Positions 42,401 through 52,534 of a stretch of 64,000 nucleotides of DNA are shown piece by piece (within the stretch, counting starts at the first letter, position 1; each line of letters begins with the position of its first letter). The notes below the pieces were generated by a model. The model was not told the DNA's origin. It saw only the letters and a list, made by a program, of their open reading frames with translations, and did no database searches. A program made the translations under genes and the position numbers. The DNA comes from an uncultured Nitrososphaerales archaeon (lineage in GTDB: Archaea > Thermoproteota > Nitrososphaeria > Nitrososphaerales > Nitrososphaeraceae). The stretch covers positions 672,001 through 736,000 of the forward strand of contig CAVOHZ010000010.1 in the NCBI GenBank assembly GCA_963695855.1, read 5' to 3'.

Positions 42401-43199
42401 CAATTAGTGGAGGAGTTCCGGCTTCTTTACTTTCTTTGAGTCTTTGATTGACTCTTATTATATCAACGAGTTTATGAGTAAGATCATCCTCAGAGCGAAT
42501 GCCTGTTTCAAGTATTATAGACGGTCTTACAGTGACTGGAGGGACAGGAAGCACCTGTAAAACAAACCATTCTGGTCTGGCGGTAGTTGGGTCATATCCT
42601 AATAATCTTAAATCATCATCCTTGATATTAGAAAGACGTTCACGAATTGTAATGGGTAATAATCTATTTTCTCCCGCATCAGTTTTTTCAACAAAAATCG
42701 TAGGTTTAGTAAAGATAAGGTCATATTGTTCCTTCTGACAATGGGGACAGATTTTTATTTTTTTGGATTTTTCTATAATCTCATCTTTTATATTTTCTAA
42801 AGTAATTACAGCATATGAAGCTTTTCCAGTCCTTATAGTTCTAAAATGTTCTAATTCTTCAGTTTCTAGTTTTATTCTGTTACAAGATCTACATGTAGTT
42901 AGTAACAATTTATGCACATCATCTACAAATGCGATATGTAATACAGGTTCGGCCAGCTCAATATGACCAAAATGACCTGGACATTTTGCAGAAGTATTAC
43001 CACAAGAAATACATTTTTGACCCGGTTCAAGAGTACCTAGACGGTTATCCATCAATCCACCTTGAACCGGCATTCCATCTTCATCATATGTTTCAGGCGC
43101 GGTGATTTCAGCTACACTAAATTTACGTACTTCAACTGGCGACCAAACACTAAATTTAATACTACCAAGATTTTTAATAGACTCTTCCATTATTATCAC
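39372..43199 (-). CDS. rpoA1: RNA polymerase largest subunit, fused A'/A''
   Basis: YNADFDGDEMN, N-terminal Zn fingers and AQSIGEPGTQMT in a single 1275-aa ORF. Confidence 0.97.
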   Translation of the reverse strand: MIIMEESIKNLGSIKFSVWSPVEVRKFSVAEITAPETYDEDGMPVQGGLMDNRLGTLEPGQKCISCGNTSAKCPGHFGHIELAEPVLHIAFVDDVHKLLLTTCRSCNRIKLETEELEHFRTIRTGKASYAVITLENIKDEIIEKSKKIKICPHCQKEQYDLIFTKPTIFVEKTDAGENRLLPITIRERLSNIKDDDLRLLGYDPTTARPEWFVLQVLPVPPVTVRPSIILETGIRSEDDLTHKLVDIIRVNQRLKESKEAGTPPLIVQDLVDLLQYHVTTYFDNEVSGIPQAHHRSGRPLKTLTQRLKGKEGRFRGSLSGKRVDFSSRTVISPDPNIAISEVGIPYEVAKKLTIPETVSSWNLEKLKKLVFNGPNSYPGANYIIRPDGVKIRLDYVNDRQMVADSIVPGYIIERHLSEGDIVIFNRQPSLHRMSIMAHYVKVLPYRTFRLHPAVCPPYNADFDGDEMNLHVPQSEEARSEAALLMSVQDQLISPRYGGPIIGGIRDFITGAYLLTRDETILLQEEFFNLALLGGYSGPIPMHKGEKDGKKFYTGKQLFSLFLPNDFNFIITSKWNKSIKGEGKDVVIKNGELISGVIDKASIGAEEPDSVLHRIAKDYGNDVAQKFLNSILIMLKTFITHRGFTYGYSDLWLTEETEKEITGVIKKAYDKIGELILQYKDETLPLTRGLSPEEALELYLVNELSRARDRAGRLADRSFPNDNAGVIMASTGARGSTLNIGQMTAVLGQQSIRGKRIHKGYRNRSLPHFRINDTNPDAKGFVKSNYRDGLTPLEFFFHAMGGREGLVDTAVRTQQSGYMQRRLINALEHLKMEYDGTVRDPHGNIIQYLYGEDGIDPAKSDHGEAVNISRIIESESVVDEGTKADESEIRHILNQYVSHFNPKLRSNIETILLDNKLSKLGIEKVVKKIIDLVERALVEPGEAVGVVTAQSIGEPGTQMTLRTFHYAGVKERNVTLGLPRLIELVDARKKPITPTMDIYLDEQHRFSREQALNVAKEIIHTKVIDVVEKTDIDYGGIIKFSLSSDKLTERGCNIKDIFEILKGSKKKYDSILDEKELSIVMKMNEDLDAQSFLLLKNKLLNTRIKGVPDIERVTIVKQIDEWVIQTAGSNLAKIIYVDGIDLSRITTNNVYEIWQTLGIEAARTALVKEITNTLEEQGLEVDIRHIMLVADLMTSKGYLQQIGRHGIAGTKTSVLARAAFEITVPTIARAAMEGQTEALKGVTENVIVGATVPVGTGMVELYMKVNEQNEDFGENN

Positions 43200-43204
43200 C
43201 TATT

Positions 43205-46200
43205 TTATAATTTATCCTTAGGAATAAGCCGTGGAGCAATATTAAGACTCATCATTTCTTGCAATAGTAATTTAAATGCATATGCTATCACAATAGTCGA
43301 GATTTTAGCCTTATCACCACATACTCTACAAACATGCCTTCTTTGTTTAATGTCGTAATAAGATAACAGACCACAACGTTCGCATATATTAACTTCTGCT
43401 TTGTCAGATTCTTCAAGTAATCTATCCTTTAACATCATTGAAGCTCCATAAGCAATCAAACAATCTCTTTCCATCTCTCCAAATCTTAAACCCCCTCCTC
43501 TCGCTCTTCCTTCTGTAGGTTGTTTTGTTAACATCTGAACTTGACCTCTAGCTCTACTATGGATTTTATCTGCTACCATATGATGAAGTTTTTGATAATA
43601 AACTATACCGATGTAAACATCTACTGGAAACTTCGATCCAGTTCTTCCGTCGTACATTTCTTCTTTGCCGCTATATTTTAGCCCGTATTGTTCCATAACG
43701 TCTTTAATATCATTTAATTTTTCTCCTAAGAATGCTGAACCGTCAACAACTTTACCGCGCAGGGAAGCGGCTTTACCCGCCAATGATTCCATGAATTGTC
43801 CAACTGTCATTCTTGATGGAAAAGCATGTGGATTAATCATAATATCAGGAACTATTCCATCTTTAGTATATGGAAGATCTTCTTGACTTACCAACATACC
43901 AAGAACTCCTTTTTGTCCGTGTCGTGATGCAAATTTGTCTCCGATTTCGGGTATTCGCATATCTCTCACTCTAATTTTATACATTTTTCCACCCTCAACA
44001 GATTGGGTCATTATTACACTATCAACAACACCATTCTCAGAGGGTCTTACACCTATCGAGGTGTCGCGCCTGTAAGGTCCTTTTACTTCAAATTCCTTAT
44101 ACTCTTCAATGAATCTTGGCGGAGATGTTCTTCCAATCAATATATCCCCACCTGAGACAATTGATTCGTGCATGATGGCACCATCTTGTTCCAATAATCT
44201 ATAAGCTTTTTCGCCCCTAAATCCACGGATATTTTCATCTGGAGAAGGTAATTCAAAAGTATCCTTCATTCCACCAGGATATTGTTTTGCTTCAGCTTCA
44301 TACACACGATAAAAGAATGTTCTACATAATCCTCTCTCAACTGATGATTTATTGAAAACTACTGCATCTTCTATATTATATCCTTCAAAAGGTAGAACAG
44401 CAACAACACAATTTTGCCCTGTAGGACGTTCATCGAGTCCAAGAAGATTTATTGCCTTGGTACTCACTACGGGGACTTGTGGATACAACATGAAATGTTG
44501 ACGCACATACGTACTAGCATTCATTAAAGGTGTAGAAAATCCTAGACTCTGTTTTGCCATAGCACTTTCATAGGTGTTTCTAGGAGATTGATTATGTTCT
44601 GGATATGGAATAACTGAAGCACCTATTCCCAAAATAGATGGAGGATATATTTCCATATGGGTCGTATTATTATCTATAGACTCAGAATCAATTGAAATTA
44701 GAGTGTTTTCCTCCTCGTTGGCATCTACAAGTTCAATGATTCCTATAGAAATTAGGTCGGCCCATGAAAGAAATTTTTTATTGATCTTTTCTACAACTTC
44801 TGATGTCATTAAAGATTTTCCATCTTTAACTATTGCAAGTGGTCTCAAAACTCTTCCCGAATTACAAGAAATATACAATCTCTTCATAGCATTTGAGTTC
44901 AGAGAAGAATAAAAGTAAATCCCAATGTGTGGATGTATTTTTCCGCTTCTTCTAAGAATTCGAAGAGTTATTGCCAAATGCAAACCATCTTCTATATACC
45001 CTATCAATTTGCCATCTACAAAAATTCTACAACCATTTTCTCTTAAATTTTCATCTGCATCATCTATATGTTGTGCTCTTAATTCATATAATTTTTCTAT
45101 TATTTCCGACGAAGAAACACTGACTGAAATTATTGCGGACAGAGCAAGATTCTTCACTAAACCACAATTTGATCCTTCAGGAGTTTCTGCAGGACAAATC
45201 CTTCCAAAGTGAGTAGTATGTAAGTCTCGAGCTTCGAAGTTTGGTTGACTTCTACTTAATGGAGATTGTATACGACGTAAATGACTGATTGTAGACATAT
45301 AATTAGTTCTATCCAGAAGCTGAGTTACACCTACTCTTCCTCTTCCCCAATTACCAGTGGCAATAGCGTTATTTAGCTTATCTGAGATTATTCCAGGTCT
45401 TATAGCAGCGGCAACAGCATTTATTCCTCTTTTTTGACCCGATCTTTCAAGCTGATACTTCATATCTCGTATAAGGTTACGAAATGCGGTTCGAAAAAGA
45501 TCAGCAAGCATTTGACCAGCAAATTTTATAACCTTGTTTCCATAATGGTCCTTATCATCATTATCAATCCAACCTAGTTTTAATTCTATTAATTTAGAAG
45601 CCGCTTCGCCTAAAAATAGAGCTTTTTCCCCACGGTTTTCTGGATTTTTACCTAAATGTGGAAGTAGCCCCCAATCCAATAATGTTTCTGCACGTTTTAT
45701 CTGAAATTCCTCCAGCATTCCCGGAGCAATTCTCTTACTAACATATATTATAGATTCTCTGCTTGAAGGAATCTCGCCAACTTTTTCAAACGACGGTTCC
45801 AATTCGTCCTGAACACGTTCGTTAAAGGAGACAGAATTAGCTATGTCCCGATCAGACTCAAGACCTAATGCTCTTATCAAGGTAATTAATGGAATATCCA
45901 CAGGAGATCCGGGTATTTTAGCAACTATGGAACCGTCTGGTTTCATTATAAGTTCCAGTTTTGCACGATAACCTACAATTGAGGAATATACCTTTGCCTT
46001 ATAGTTAAGAGTACCTGCTGTTTCCTCTGCATCTACAATTATTTTGTTGTAAGATAAATCCTCAAGACCTACAATTACTCTTTCAGAACCATTAATCACA
46101 AAATAACCTCCTGGATCTCGCGGATCTTCCCCTAATTCAATCAATTTCGATTCTGGCAAATTATGGAGAATACAGACATTCGATTTTACCATTACAGGCA

Positions 46201-46564
46201 TATCTCCGATGTGAATAAATCTGGATTCGATTATTCTTCCATCTTCCACTATACTACATTCAAGCATAATTGGAGAAGCATAAGTCAAATTTCTTAGTCG
46301 TGCCTCGACGGGGGCAACATGAGTGATTGAACCATCTAGTTCCATAATTCTAGGGCGTTGTAATTTTATTTTACCAAGTTTCAGTTTATAAGGAAATTCA
46401 GCTGTTTCTATCTCTACTTCATTTACTTCATCAATAATACTTTGAAGTCCAGATTCCATAAATTCATTATAGGAATTAAGGTGTTGTCTAGCTATTCCTT
46501 CACGTCTTAATATATCGTTTATGATTGGCCACATATCAACAGAAGTATTCATTATATTGACCAT
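43205..46564 (-). CDS. rpoB: RNA polymerase subunit B (unsplit)
   Basis: GYFVINGSE, ETPEG, GDKFASRHGQKG and GLRFGEMERD. Confidence 0.98.
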   Translation of the reverse strand: MVNIMNTSVDMWPIINDILRREGIARQHLNSYNEFMESGLQSIIDEVNEVEIETAEFPYKLKLGKIKLQRPRIMELDGSITHVAPVEARLRNLTYASPIMLECSIVEDGRIIESRFIHIGDMPVMVKSNVCILHNLPESKLIELGEDPRDPGGYFVINGSERVIVGLEDLSYNKIIVDAEETAGTLNYKAKVYSSIVGYRAKLELIMKPDGSIVAKIPGSPVDIPLITLIRALGLESDRDIANSVSFNERVQDELEPSFEKVGEIPSSRESIIYVSKRIAPGMLEEFQIKRAETLLDWGLLPHLGKNPENRGEKALFLGEAASKLIELKLGWIDNDDKDHYGNKVIKFAGQMLADLFRTAFRNLIRDMKYQLERSGQKRGINAVAAAIRPGIISDKLNNAIATGNWGRGRVGVTQLLDRTNYMSTISHLRRIQSPLSRSQPNFEARDLHTTHFGRICPAETPEGSNCGLVKNLALSAIISVSVSSSEIIEKLYELRAQHIDDADENLRENGCRIFVDGKLIGYIEDGLHLAITLRILRRSGKIHPHIGIYFYSSLNSNAMKRLYISCNSGRVLRPLAIVKDGKSLMTSEVVEKINKKFLSWADLISIGIIELVDANEEENTLISIDSESIDNNTTHMEIYPPSILGIGASVIPYPEHNQSPRNTYESAMAKQSLGFSTPLMNASTYVRQHFMLYPQVPVVSTKAINLLGLDERPTGQNCVVAVLPFEGYNIEDAVVFNKSSVERGLCRTFFYRVYEAEAKQYPGGMKDTFELPSPDENIRGFRGEKAYRLLEQDGAIMHESIVSGGDILIGRTSPPRFIEEYKEFEVKGPYRRDTSIGVRPSENGVVDSVIMTQSVEGGKMYKIRVRDMRIPEIGDKFASRHGQKGVLGMLVSQEDLPYTKDGIVPDIMINPHAFPSRMTVGQFMESLAGKAASLRGKVVDGSAFLGEKLNDIKDVMEQYGLKYSGKEEMYDGRTGSKFPVDVYIGIVYYQKLHHMVADKIHSRARGQVQMLTKQPTEGRARGGGLRFGEMERDCLIAYGASMMLKDRLLEESDKAEVNICERCGLLSYYDIKQRRHVCRVCGDKAKISTIVIAYAFKLLLQEMMSLNIAPRLIPKDKL

Positions 46565-46566
46565 TT

Positions 46567-46818
46567 CTAACCTTCTACCACATACCTGTAATATACACTT
46601 TCACCTGCAGTAGGACTTTTCCTAGTTATTCGTAATATATCACCTGGGCGTACGTCCAAGTCTTCTAGGCCCTTATCATTTGACATAATATACGGAAGCT
46701 GATTTGTTCTGACATTAAACTTTCTCAGTACTTGTTCAGCCTCTTCTTTAGAAAGAATTTCATGTTTAGGCTGATAAATGTGGTTGGTTACTTTCACAAC
46801 TTTCTTTTCTACTGACAA
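46567..46818 (-). CDS. rpoH: RNA polymerase subunit H (Rpo5)
   Basis: PKHEIL, QLPYI and RKSPTAG..YYR. Confidence 0.95.
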   Translation of the reverse strand: MSVEKKVVKVTNHIYQPKHEILSKEEAEQVLRKFNVRTNQLPYIMSNDKGLEDLDVRPGDILRITRKSPTAGESVYYRYVVEG

Positions 46819-47008
46819 ATCATAGCCCCTCTACAAAATTTGGTAAAATAGTCCAATTTTTGGATAAAATATCTTTTGCACAATATTAAATACACAAAGT
46901 TCTGGCAGAAGGAGATATATGTAGTTTCTTACAATATTTAAAATTTATTTTGATTATTAATAGTAAATAATACGTAGGTATATTTGATTGCAAATAGTGA
47001 AAGAAAAA

Positions 47009-47106
47009 GGCCTTCGGAGGGATTTGAACCCTCCTCAAGCGGTTTCTATCTTTTGTAGAAAAAAGACCACAGCCGCCTATACTAACCAGGCTATACTACG
47101 AAGGCC
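47009..47106 (-). tRNA. tRNA-His(GUG) with encoded G-1, C73 and a 23-nt intron at 37/38 (47044-47066)
   Basis: G GCCTTCG...GGCGG CT GTG G [TCTTTTTTCTACAAAAGATAGAA] A CCGCT...CGAAGGC C; canonical bulge-helix-bulge. Confidence 0.93.
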
Positions 47107-47195
47107 ACGCATTCATTGTTAGTAGGTTGTATTAATTAATCTTCAGTCTAGTTAAATATACTTAATTATAATATCATCGGAATTGTCAAGTTAAT

Positions 47196-48018
47196 TCACG
47201 AATTTATAATTCCACGTTTAATTACAGATAGTCCTAGTTTTTCTAACTCATTGCAAATAGCATTCATTCCTATAGAATCACCAGCTAGATGACCAAGAAC
47301 AACTAAGTTCCAATTCCCGTTTGCTTGTCGTAATTTAGTCAACTCATTATAATCAATATGTAAGTAAATGACTGTAGATATTCCATTTTCGAAATATGCT
47401 TTAGCAATATCAAAACCTCCGTTTGAACCAGCTGCAACAACTAAAACCCATTTTCCCAAATTATTTGTAGGTTTTCCATTACATACAGTTATACGCGTTA
47501 ATGAATTCTTGAATTCTGGTATTGCTCCAATTGCATTCACTAAATCAGAAACCGATACCAATTTTGATATTTCAATTTTCCTTAGAATAACTTGCCGCAT
47601 ACATTCATCAAGAGGTTGATGAATATTCAATAATGGCATTTTAAAAAGTTTTGACGTACTCACAATATCGTCATAAATAGCCGAATGTGATCGTAATTCT
47701 ACTTTTTCTTTTATTGTTTTGACTAATGAAATGGCATTTTTTCTCTTTATTCCATTATCAACCATATATTTCACATGTCTATCAAATACCTGATGAAATT
47801 GAAGTAGAGATATTCCTATTGGATGATGTGTTAAAATGCAATCACATTTAAGAGTCTTTGCTAGATATATCGATGTCAGATTGATTTATGTCTACAGAAA
47901 CAAATATCTTTTTAATATCTGTTCCATTTATATGAATTGCGCTATCAGGCGGGACTTTTTTCCAACTAGCAAGTTTTAGACCTATCTGCATAATGTCTTC
48001 TGTACTAATTCCTTTCAA
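47196..48018 (-). pseudogene. NIF3/DUF34-like dinuclear metal protein interrupted by a +1 frameshift near 47871
   Basis: 5' frame KKIFVSVDINQSD joins LAKTLKCDCILTHHP...GHLAGDSIGMN if base 47871 is removed. Confidence 0.75.
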
Positions 48019-48701
48019 CCGATATAGTATGACAAATGATCGAATTTGAATATTTTTTGTTTTGCAGATATTCTCATTTATCTGTCCATCTTCTTTATGA
48101 TATTGAAAAAAAGTAGACAAAAGTAACCAAAAATACCCTTGGAAATTGCCTTTCAAGTTGATGAATTTACGATTAAACTACCAAAGTCACGTAAAGAATG
48201 TCCTTGATGTATTGAGATCTAATTCCGTCCTTTAGTCTGGTTGACTGCAGACAGGATATAGTTTATAGTTACTGAAAAGATATAATTTGACGAATTTCGA
48301 AATATAATTTATTTTTTTAAAATTGACGCGTATATTAAGATACTTCCTCTTATTTCAGCAATTTTATTTGTTTTTGCTCTTATTTTTTAATAGAAATAAA
48401 AATGACAAAATGTTCAAAGTTAATTTATTTGATTTTTTCATTATAAATAATATTTTTCGGATAACACACTATATTGTATATTCTAAACTAGTTGCAACTA
48501 TATTATTTAATATTATTTAGATCTGAAGAATTTCTTTCGTGATTCGAGTATATGTTCTAAATTATTAACAATTGACAATTTATTAGATCAGAAATTAATA
48601 AAAATTCACAGAAAGAAGATTGTTATAAAAGAAAAAATAGAATTTATTTATAGTATTTAATAGAAAAAAAAATTTAAGTATCATGAATGTATATTATTAT
48701 T

Positions 48702-48857
48702 ATGATTGAACGAAGAAAGAGAAATTTTTATGATGACTTAACTTTAGAAAATATGAAGAGATATTTTCAGGTTGACGATCATTTTGAATTATTGAAATTT
48801 ATTAAAAAACATGGACTAAAAAACGATGATTCTGACCTTAACATAAAAGAACATTAA
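48702..48857 (+). CDS. Putative 51-aa small protein
   Basis: MIERRKRNFYDDLTLENMKRYFQVDDHFELLKFIKKHGLKNDDSDLNIKEH. Confidence 0.35.
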   Translation: MIERRKRNFYDDLTLENMKRYFQVDDHFELLKFIKKHGLKNDDSDLNIKEH

Positions 48858-48918
48858 TTTTTTGAACCTGAGTGACTTAAAGGTCTAGTTGTTTTATATA
48901 AAATAGTGTATTCAGAAT

Positions 48919-49965
48919 TTACGGACAGCTCCTATTATCCTGAAAATATTCTTTGATCCATCGATCAGCATACCTAGAATAATTCTGCAAAACAACAATT
49001 CTAGAAATTTCACTTTCATCCATTAATTTATATTCATTAAGTGTTTTTACTAAAATCTCACCAAAATTTCTTATTTCTTTCATCTCAAGCATATGTTTTT
49101 GTTCCAATCTTTGGGTAGACATTCCGATATGCATATAAGATTTTAATTCTATAAAGTTGGGATTACCAATATTAATTAATTCAGCAAAATCAGACATATC
49201 TTCCAAATTATCGTTGTACCCTCTAATAAGAGTGACTCTTAATACTGTCCTTGTACTAATCTCAGAAATAATTTTAAGAGTGTTTAACCATCTATCCCAC
49301 GCATCTTTATATTTTGGTCTATTAATTTTATAAAACATTTTTTTATTTGAAGCATTAGTAGAGAGATATAATTGCGTTGGAAGTGCATCTTCTTTTATTA
49401 GTTTCTTTATCATTTCAGGTTCTTGACCATTAGTAACAAGAAAGATGGATTTAGTATTTTCTAACGATTTCAAATATTTGATCAAACCTGGTAATTTAGG
49501 ATACATTGTAGGCTCTCCGGAAAGAGATATTGCATAATGCGATGGAAACAAAGATTCATCTAGTTTCTTTTTGTCTGATTTTGAATTTCCGTAGAAACCA
49601 ACAATTAATCGTTCCCTTTCTTTCAATAATTGAGTCACAATAGCATCGGGTTCATCAACTAATTCTTCTGGCATTAATAAGGTATCATAAAATTCAGTTG
49701 GTCTCCAACAATACACGCATCGATTTTCGCAGTTCATTGCAGTTGGAGTCATTTCCATACATTGATGGGTTGAAATTCCATAAAATTTATGTTTATAACA
49801 ATCACCTTCATTATAGAAAGATTTTTTCGTCCAATGACATAATTCTACAGCCGAATGATTGAAAATGCCGTATTTAGCTTTCCTGAGTTTTTTTTCTAAA
49901 CTCGAAGTAATATGGATAACATTATTTTCATTGTCATGATAAACATGTTCATCAGAACAGCTCAT
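48919..49965 (-). CDS. taw1: 4-demethylwyosine synthase Taw1/TYW1 (radical SAM)
   Basis: HSAVELCHWTK, CYKHKFYGI, CENRCVYCWR and SLSGEPT. Confidence 0.95.
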   Translation of the reverse strand: MSCSDEHVYHDNENNVIHITSSLEKKLRKAKYGIFNHSAVELCHWTKKSFYNEGDCYKHKFYGISTHQCMEMTPTAMNCENRCVYCWRPTEFYDTLLMPEELVDEPDAIVTQLLKERERLIVGFYGNSKSDKKKLDESLFPSHYAISLSGEPTMYPKLPGLIKYLKSLENTKSIFLVTNGQEPEMIKKLIKEDALPTQLYLSTNASNKKMFYKINRPKYKDAWDRWLNTLKIISEISTRTVLRVTLIRGYNDNLEDMSDFAELINIGNPNFIELKSYMHIGMSTQRLEQKHMLEMKEIRNFGEILVKTLNEYKLMDESEISRIVVLQNYSRYADRWIKEYFQDNRSCP

Positions 49966-50115
49966 TTATAGCATTAAAGATAGTCAAACTAATTTATACT
50001 TTAAAACTAGTTTGATAAAGTAAAATTTCTTATATAAATATTTGTTCGAATAGCATAATGAAATCTTTAATACATTGATTACTTTTACATATGGGATCAA
50101 AAATATTACACATAG

Positions 50116-50652
50116 TTGAAGACAATCGCGATCGATTTAGATTCAGTTTTAGCCGATGTAATGATTATTTGGATTGAGGAATATAATAGAATTCGTGGTT
50201 CCAATATCATCAAAAATGATATTACTGCCTGGGATATTCACACCATTTTACCGATAAATGATATTGAATGTAATATTCTGTTTTCAATGGTATGGAAAAA
50301 TAGATGGAAAGAAATACCCCCTACAAATAAAAATATAGAAAAAATTATAAGGGATTTGAATAAGGAAAATAGAATTTCGATAATAACTAAAAGAGAAAAG
50401 GATACGATTCCGTTTGTATATGAGTGGCTGAAGTACAATAATATAGGATATGACGACTTATTATTTGTTCCTGACAAAATTCCAAAAAGTGTATATCCAT
50501 TCAATTTTTTGATAGATGATTATCCAAATAATTTAGTAGATATTAAATTTCCAAAAAAAGGAATATTGTTTGATCAACCATGGAATAAAAATTTTAATTG
50601 GCCTAGAAGAATTCATTCCCTAGACGAAATAAGAACAGTTATTTGTTTCTAG
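50116..50652 (+). CDS. HAD-family 5'(3')-deoxyribonucleotidase-like protein
   Basis: IAIDLDSVLAD, LIDDYPNN and FDQPWN. Confidence 0.82.
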   Translation: MKTIAIDLDSVLADVMIIWIEEYNRIRGSNIIKNDITAWDIHTILPINDIECNILFSMVWKNRWKEIPPTNKNIEKIIRDLNKENRISIITKREKDTIPFVYEWLKYNNIGYDDLLFVPDKIPKSVYPFNFLIDDYPNNLVDIKFPKKGILFDQPWNKNFNWPRRIHSLDEIRTVICF

Positions 50653-50662
50653 TACAAATTAG

Positions 50663-51001
50663 TTAAGAAAATTCCAATTCTATAATTGCTCGGTTTAAAA
50701 GTGAGGAAACGCCTGTATACTTTTTAATAAATTCTATTGTAGATTCAAACGAATCAACACCTCTATATCCTTCATCATACTTCATCAATACAATCCCTTT
50801 ATTTGTCCTAACATATAGTATAAATAAATAGTAATTTCCCAATTTTGTGTCATAATTCTCTACATACTGACTTAATATTATTTCCTCTATATAATACTCA
50901 TGAATGTACTTGATATTAGAAAGAACTTTTTCTGATTTTGTTGGGTTTTTTCCTTCTATTCTGCGAATATCAAAGTCAAGTATTATTTTTTTATTTTTCA
51001 T
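50663..51001 (-). CDS. Hypothetical protein, overlapping the PurF-like gene
   Basis: 112-aa ATG ORF overlapping the upstream stop. Confidence 0.65.
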   Translation of the reverse strand: MKNKKIILDFDIRRIEGKNPTKSEKVLSNIKYIHEYYIEEIILSQYVENYDTKLGNYYLFILYVRTNKGIVLMKYDEGYRGVDSFESTIEFIKKYTGVSSLLNRAIIELEFS

Positions 51002-52364
51002 ATTCTAAAAATCTGATCCATTCTGGAAACCACAAGTTACTTTCAGGAATGCCAATTCCTTTAGAGAGTAAGGAAGGAGAATTATAGAATATTTTTTCAC
51101 AACCAATCTCCCGAGAAACAAAAAAATTGAGCTGATCTAAATTCGATATTTTACCTACATATTTGTTGGCAAGAAAATCCCTATTATGAGTATACAAACC
51201 AACTTGTCTTCCATCAATAGTGGGAACATAACATACTATCACATTCACTTGTTTTACTCCATTTTTCTTGAGATAGTAAATGGTTTCTCTGGCTGTACTA
51301 CCTGTTTGTATGGTTCCTTGAATTGTAGCAATTTTTCTATTTTTAGTTAAATTTTCTATTATAAATTTTAACGACTTCCCTGTTGTTAAAAGTTTATTTT
51401 TACTTACTTGTTCAGAAAAATCTATCATATGATCAGAGTCATCATACCTGTCTTTTATTACCCCTTCAGATATTTCAAATTTTGAAAATTTGTTCTGTAA
51501 GCTTAATCCCATTCCCAATGCCATAGGTCTAGTATAGTCTGGTTCTGCATAAATGCTATCTAGATCCATCTCTAGGGGCAAACGATCAGCTTGTACTTTT
51601 CCGATATTTTTCCTTATTGAATAAATACTTTTATTGTTAAACATGGAAGTTACATGAGATTCTCGTATAAATTCAAAAGGATCTAGTAATTCTTTGTGGT
51701 CTTCAAGCGTAACTAAATCCTGAACATGATTTTTTAAACTTAACTTCATTAATTGTCCGGGTTTTATATTTACATAATTTAAATGTGGAAAAGATATCCT
51801 TAATGAATTCTCGGATGAAATAACTACAATGTTATCATCGGTGGCCATAATAAGAGGTTTAAATCCAGTACTATTTCGAAAAATAAATATTTCATTCTTC
51901 TTTTTAATAATAATATTTCCCCTGAGATGTCTATCTATAAACTCAGCTGCTTGTTCGCTATTTTTTTTTTCGGTAATTAATTTCATAAAAATATAGAAGA
52001 TTTGATACAATGGATCGAGTTTTTTTGTAGATCCGATGTGCGGATGAAGATATAACTTTTCTGTATCTACAAGAAAACCATCAATAGAGATATCGAGTAA
52101 ATTCATACTGGGAAAAAGAGGCGATCTTTTTGAAAGATATCCTACTGCACAGAATCCAGATAACTTTTTCTTTTTAATGGAAGCTAATAAAACATCGTCA
52201 GGTGGTAAAGAACCTTGGTTTTCGATGACATCGTCACCCATCATCAATTTCCAATAAGCTTTTCCTCTATGTTGAAGCATCCTCATACCACGTATAAGGT
52301 AAAATATGGTCGTATCAGAACTTTTATTTTCGTTGTAGTTATAAACCGCGATTAATCCTGCCAA
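50991..52364 (-). CDS. Amidophosphoribosyltransferase (PurF)-like protein with degenerate catalytic motifs
   Basis: LQHRG, RNSTGFKPL, IKPGQ, PFEFIRES and RKNIG are present; Cys1 is replaced by Ala and DDSIVRGTT by QGTIQTGST. Confidence 0.8.
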   Translation of the reverse strand: MAGLIAVYNYNENKSSDTTIFYLIRGMRMLQHRGKAYWKLMMGDDVIENQGSLPPDDVLLASIKKKKLSGFCAVGYLSKRSPLFPSMNLLDISIDGFLVDTEKLYLHPHIGSTKKLDPLYQIFYIFMKLITEKKNSEQAAEFIDRHLRGNIIIKKKNEIFIFRNSTGFKPLIMATDDNIVVISSENSLRISFPHLNYVNIKPGQLMKLSLKNHVQDLVTLEDHKELLDPFEFIRESHVTSMFNNKSIYSIRKNIGKVQADRLPLEMDLDSIYAEPDYTRPMALGMGLSLQNKFSKFEISEGVIKDRYDDSDHMIDFSEQVSKNKLLTTGKSLKFIIENLTKNRKIATIQGTIQTGSTARETIYYLKKNGVKQVNVIVCYVPTIDGRQVGLYTHNRDFLANKYVGKISNLDQLNFFVSREIGCEKIFYNSPSLLSKGIGIPESNLWFPEWIRFLEYEK

Positions 52365-52534
52365 AGATCTGTTTTTTGATTGTTAGAAAAGATATAAAAG
52401 TTATCGAGTGCTAAAATGAAGCTAATATTCATAAAAATAATAGAAGGAAACTATCAGCGATGTTACGAAATAATTATAACAGAGAATTTAGCAAAATAAA
52501 AAAATGGTTTAATGTTATATTAGTAAATTAGAAT

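Noticed and set aside
39372-46564. Fused RpoA and unsplit RpoB as a novelty
   Set aside because: Established traits of this lineage; used only for taxonomy
47848-48156. 102-aa ORF as an independent gene
   Set aside because: Its 3' half is the N-terminus of the frameshifted NIF3-like gene; the upstream extension looks spurious
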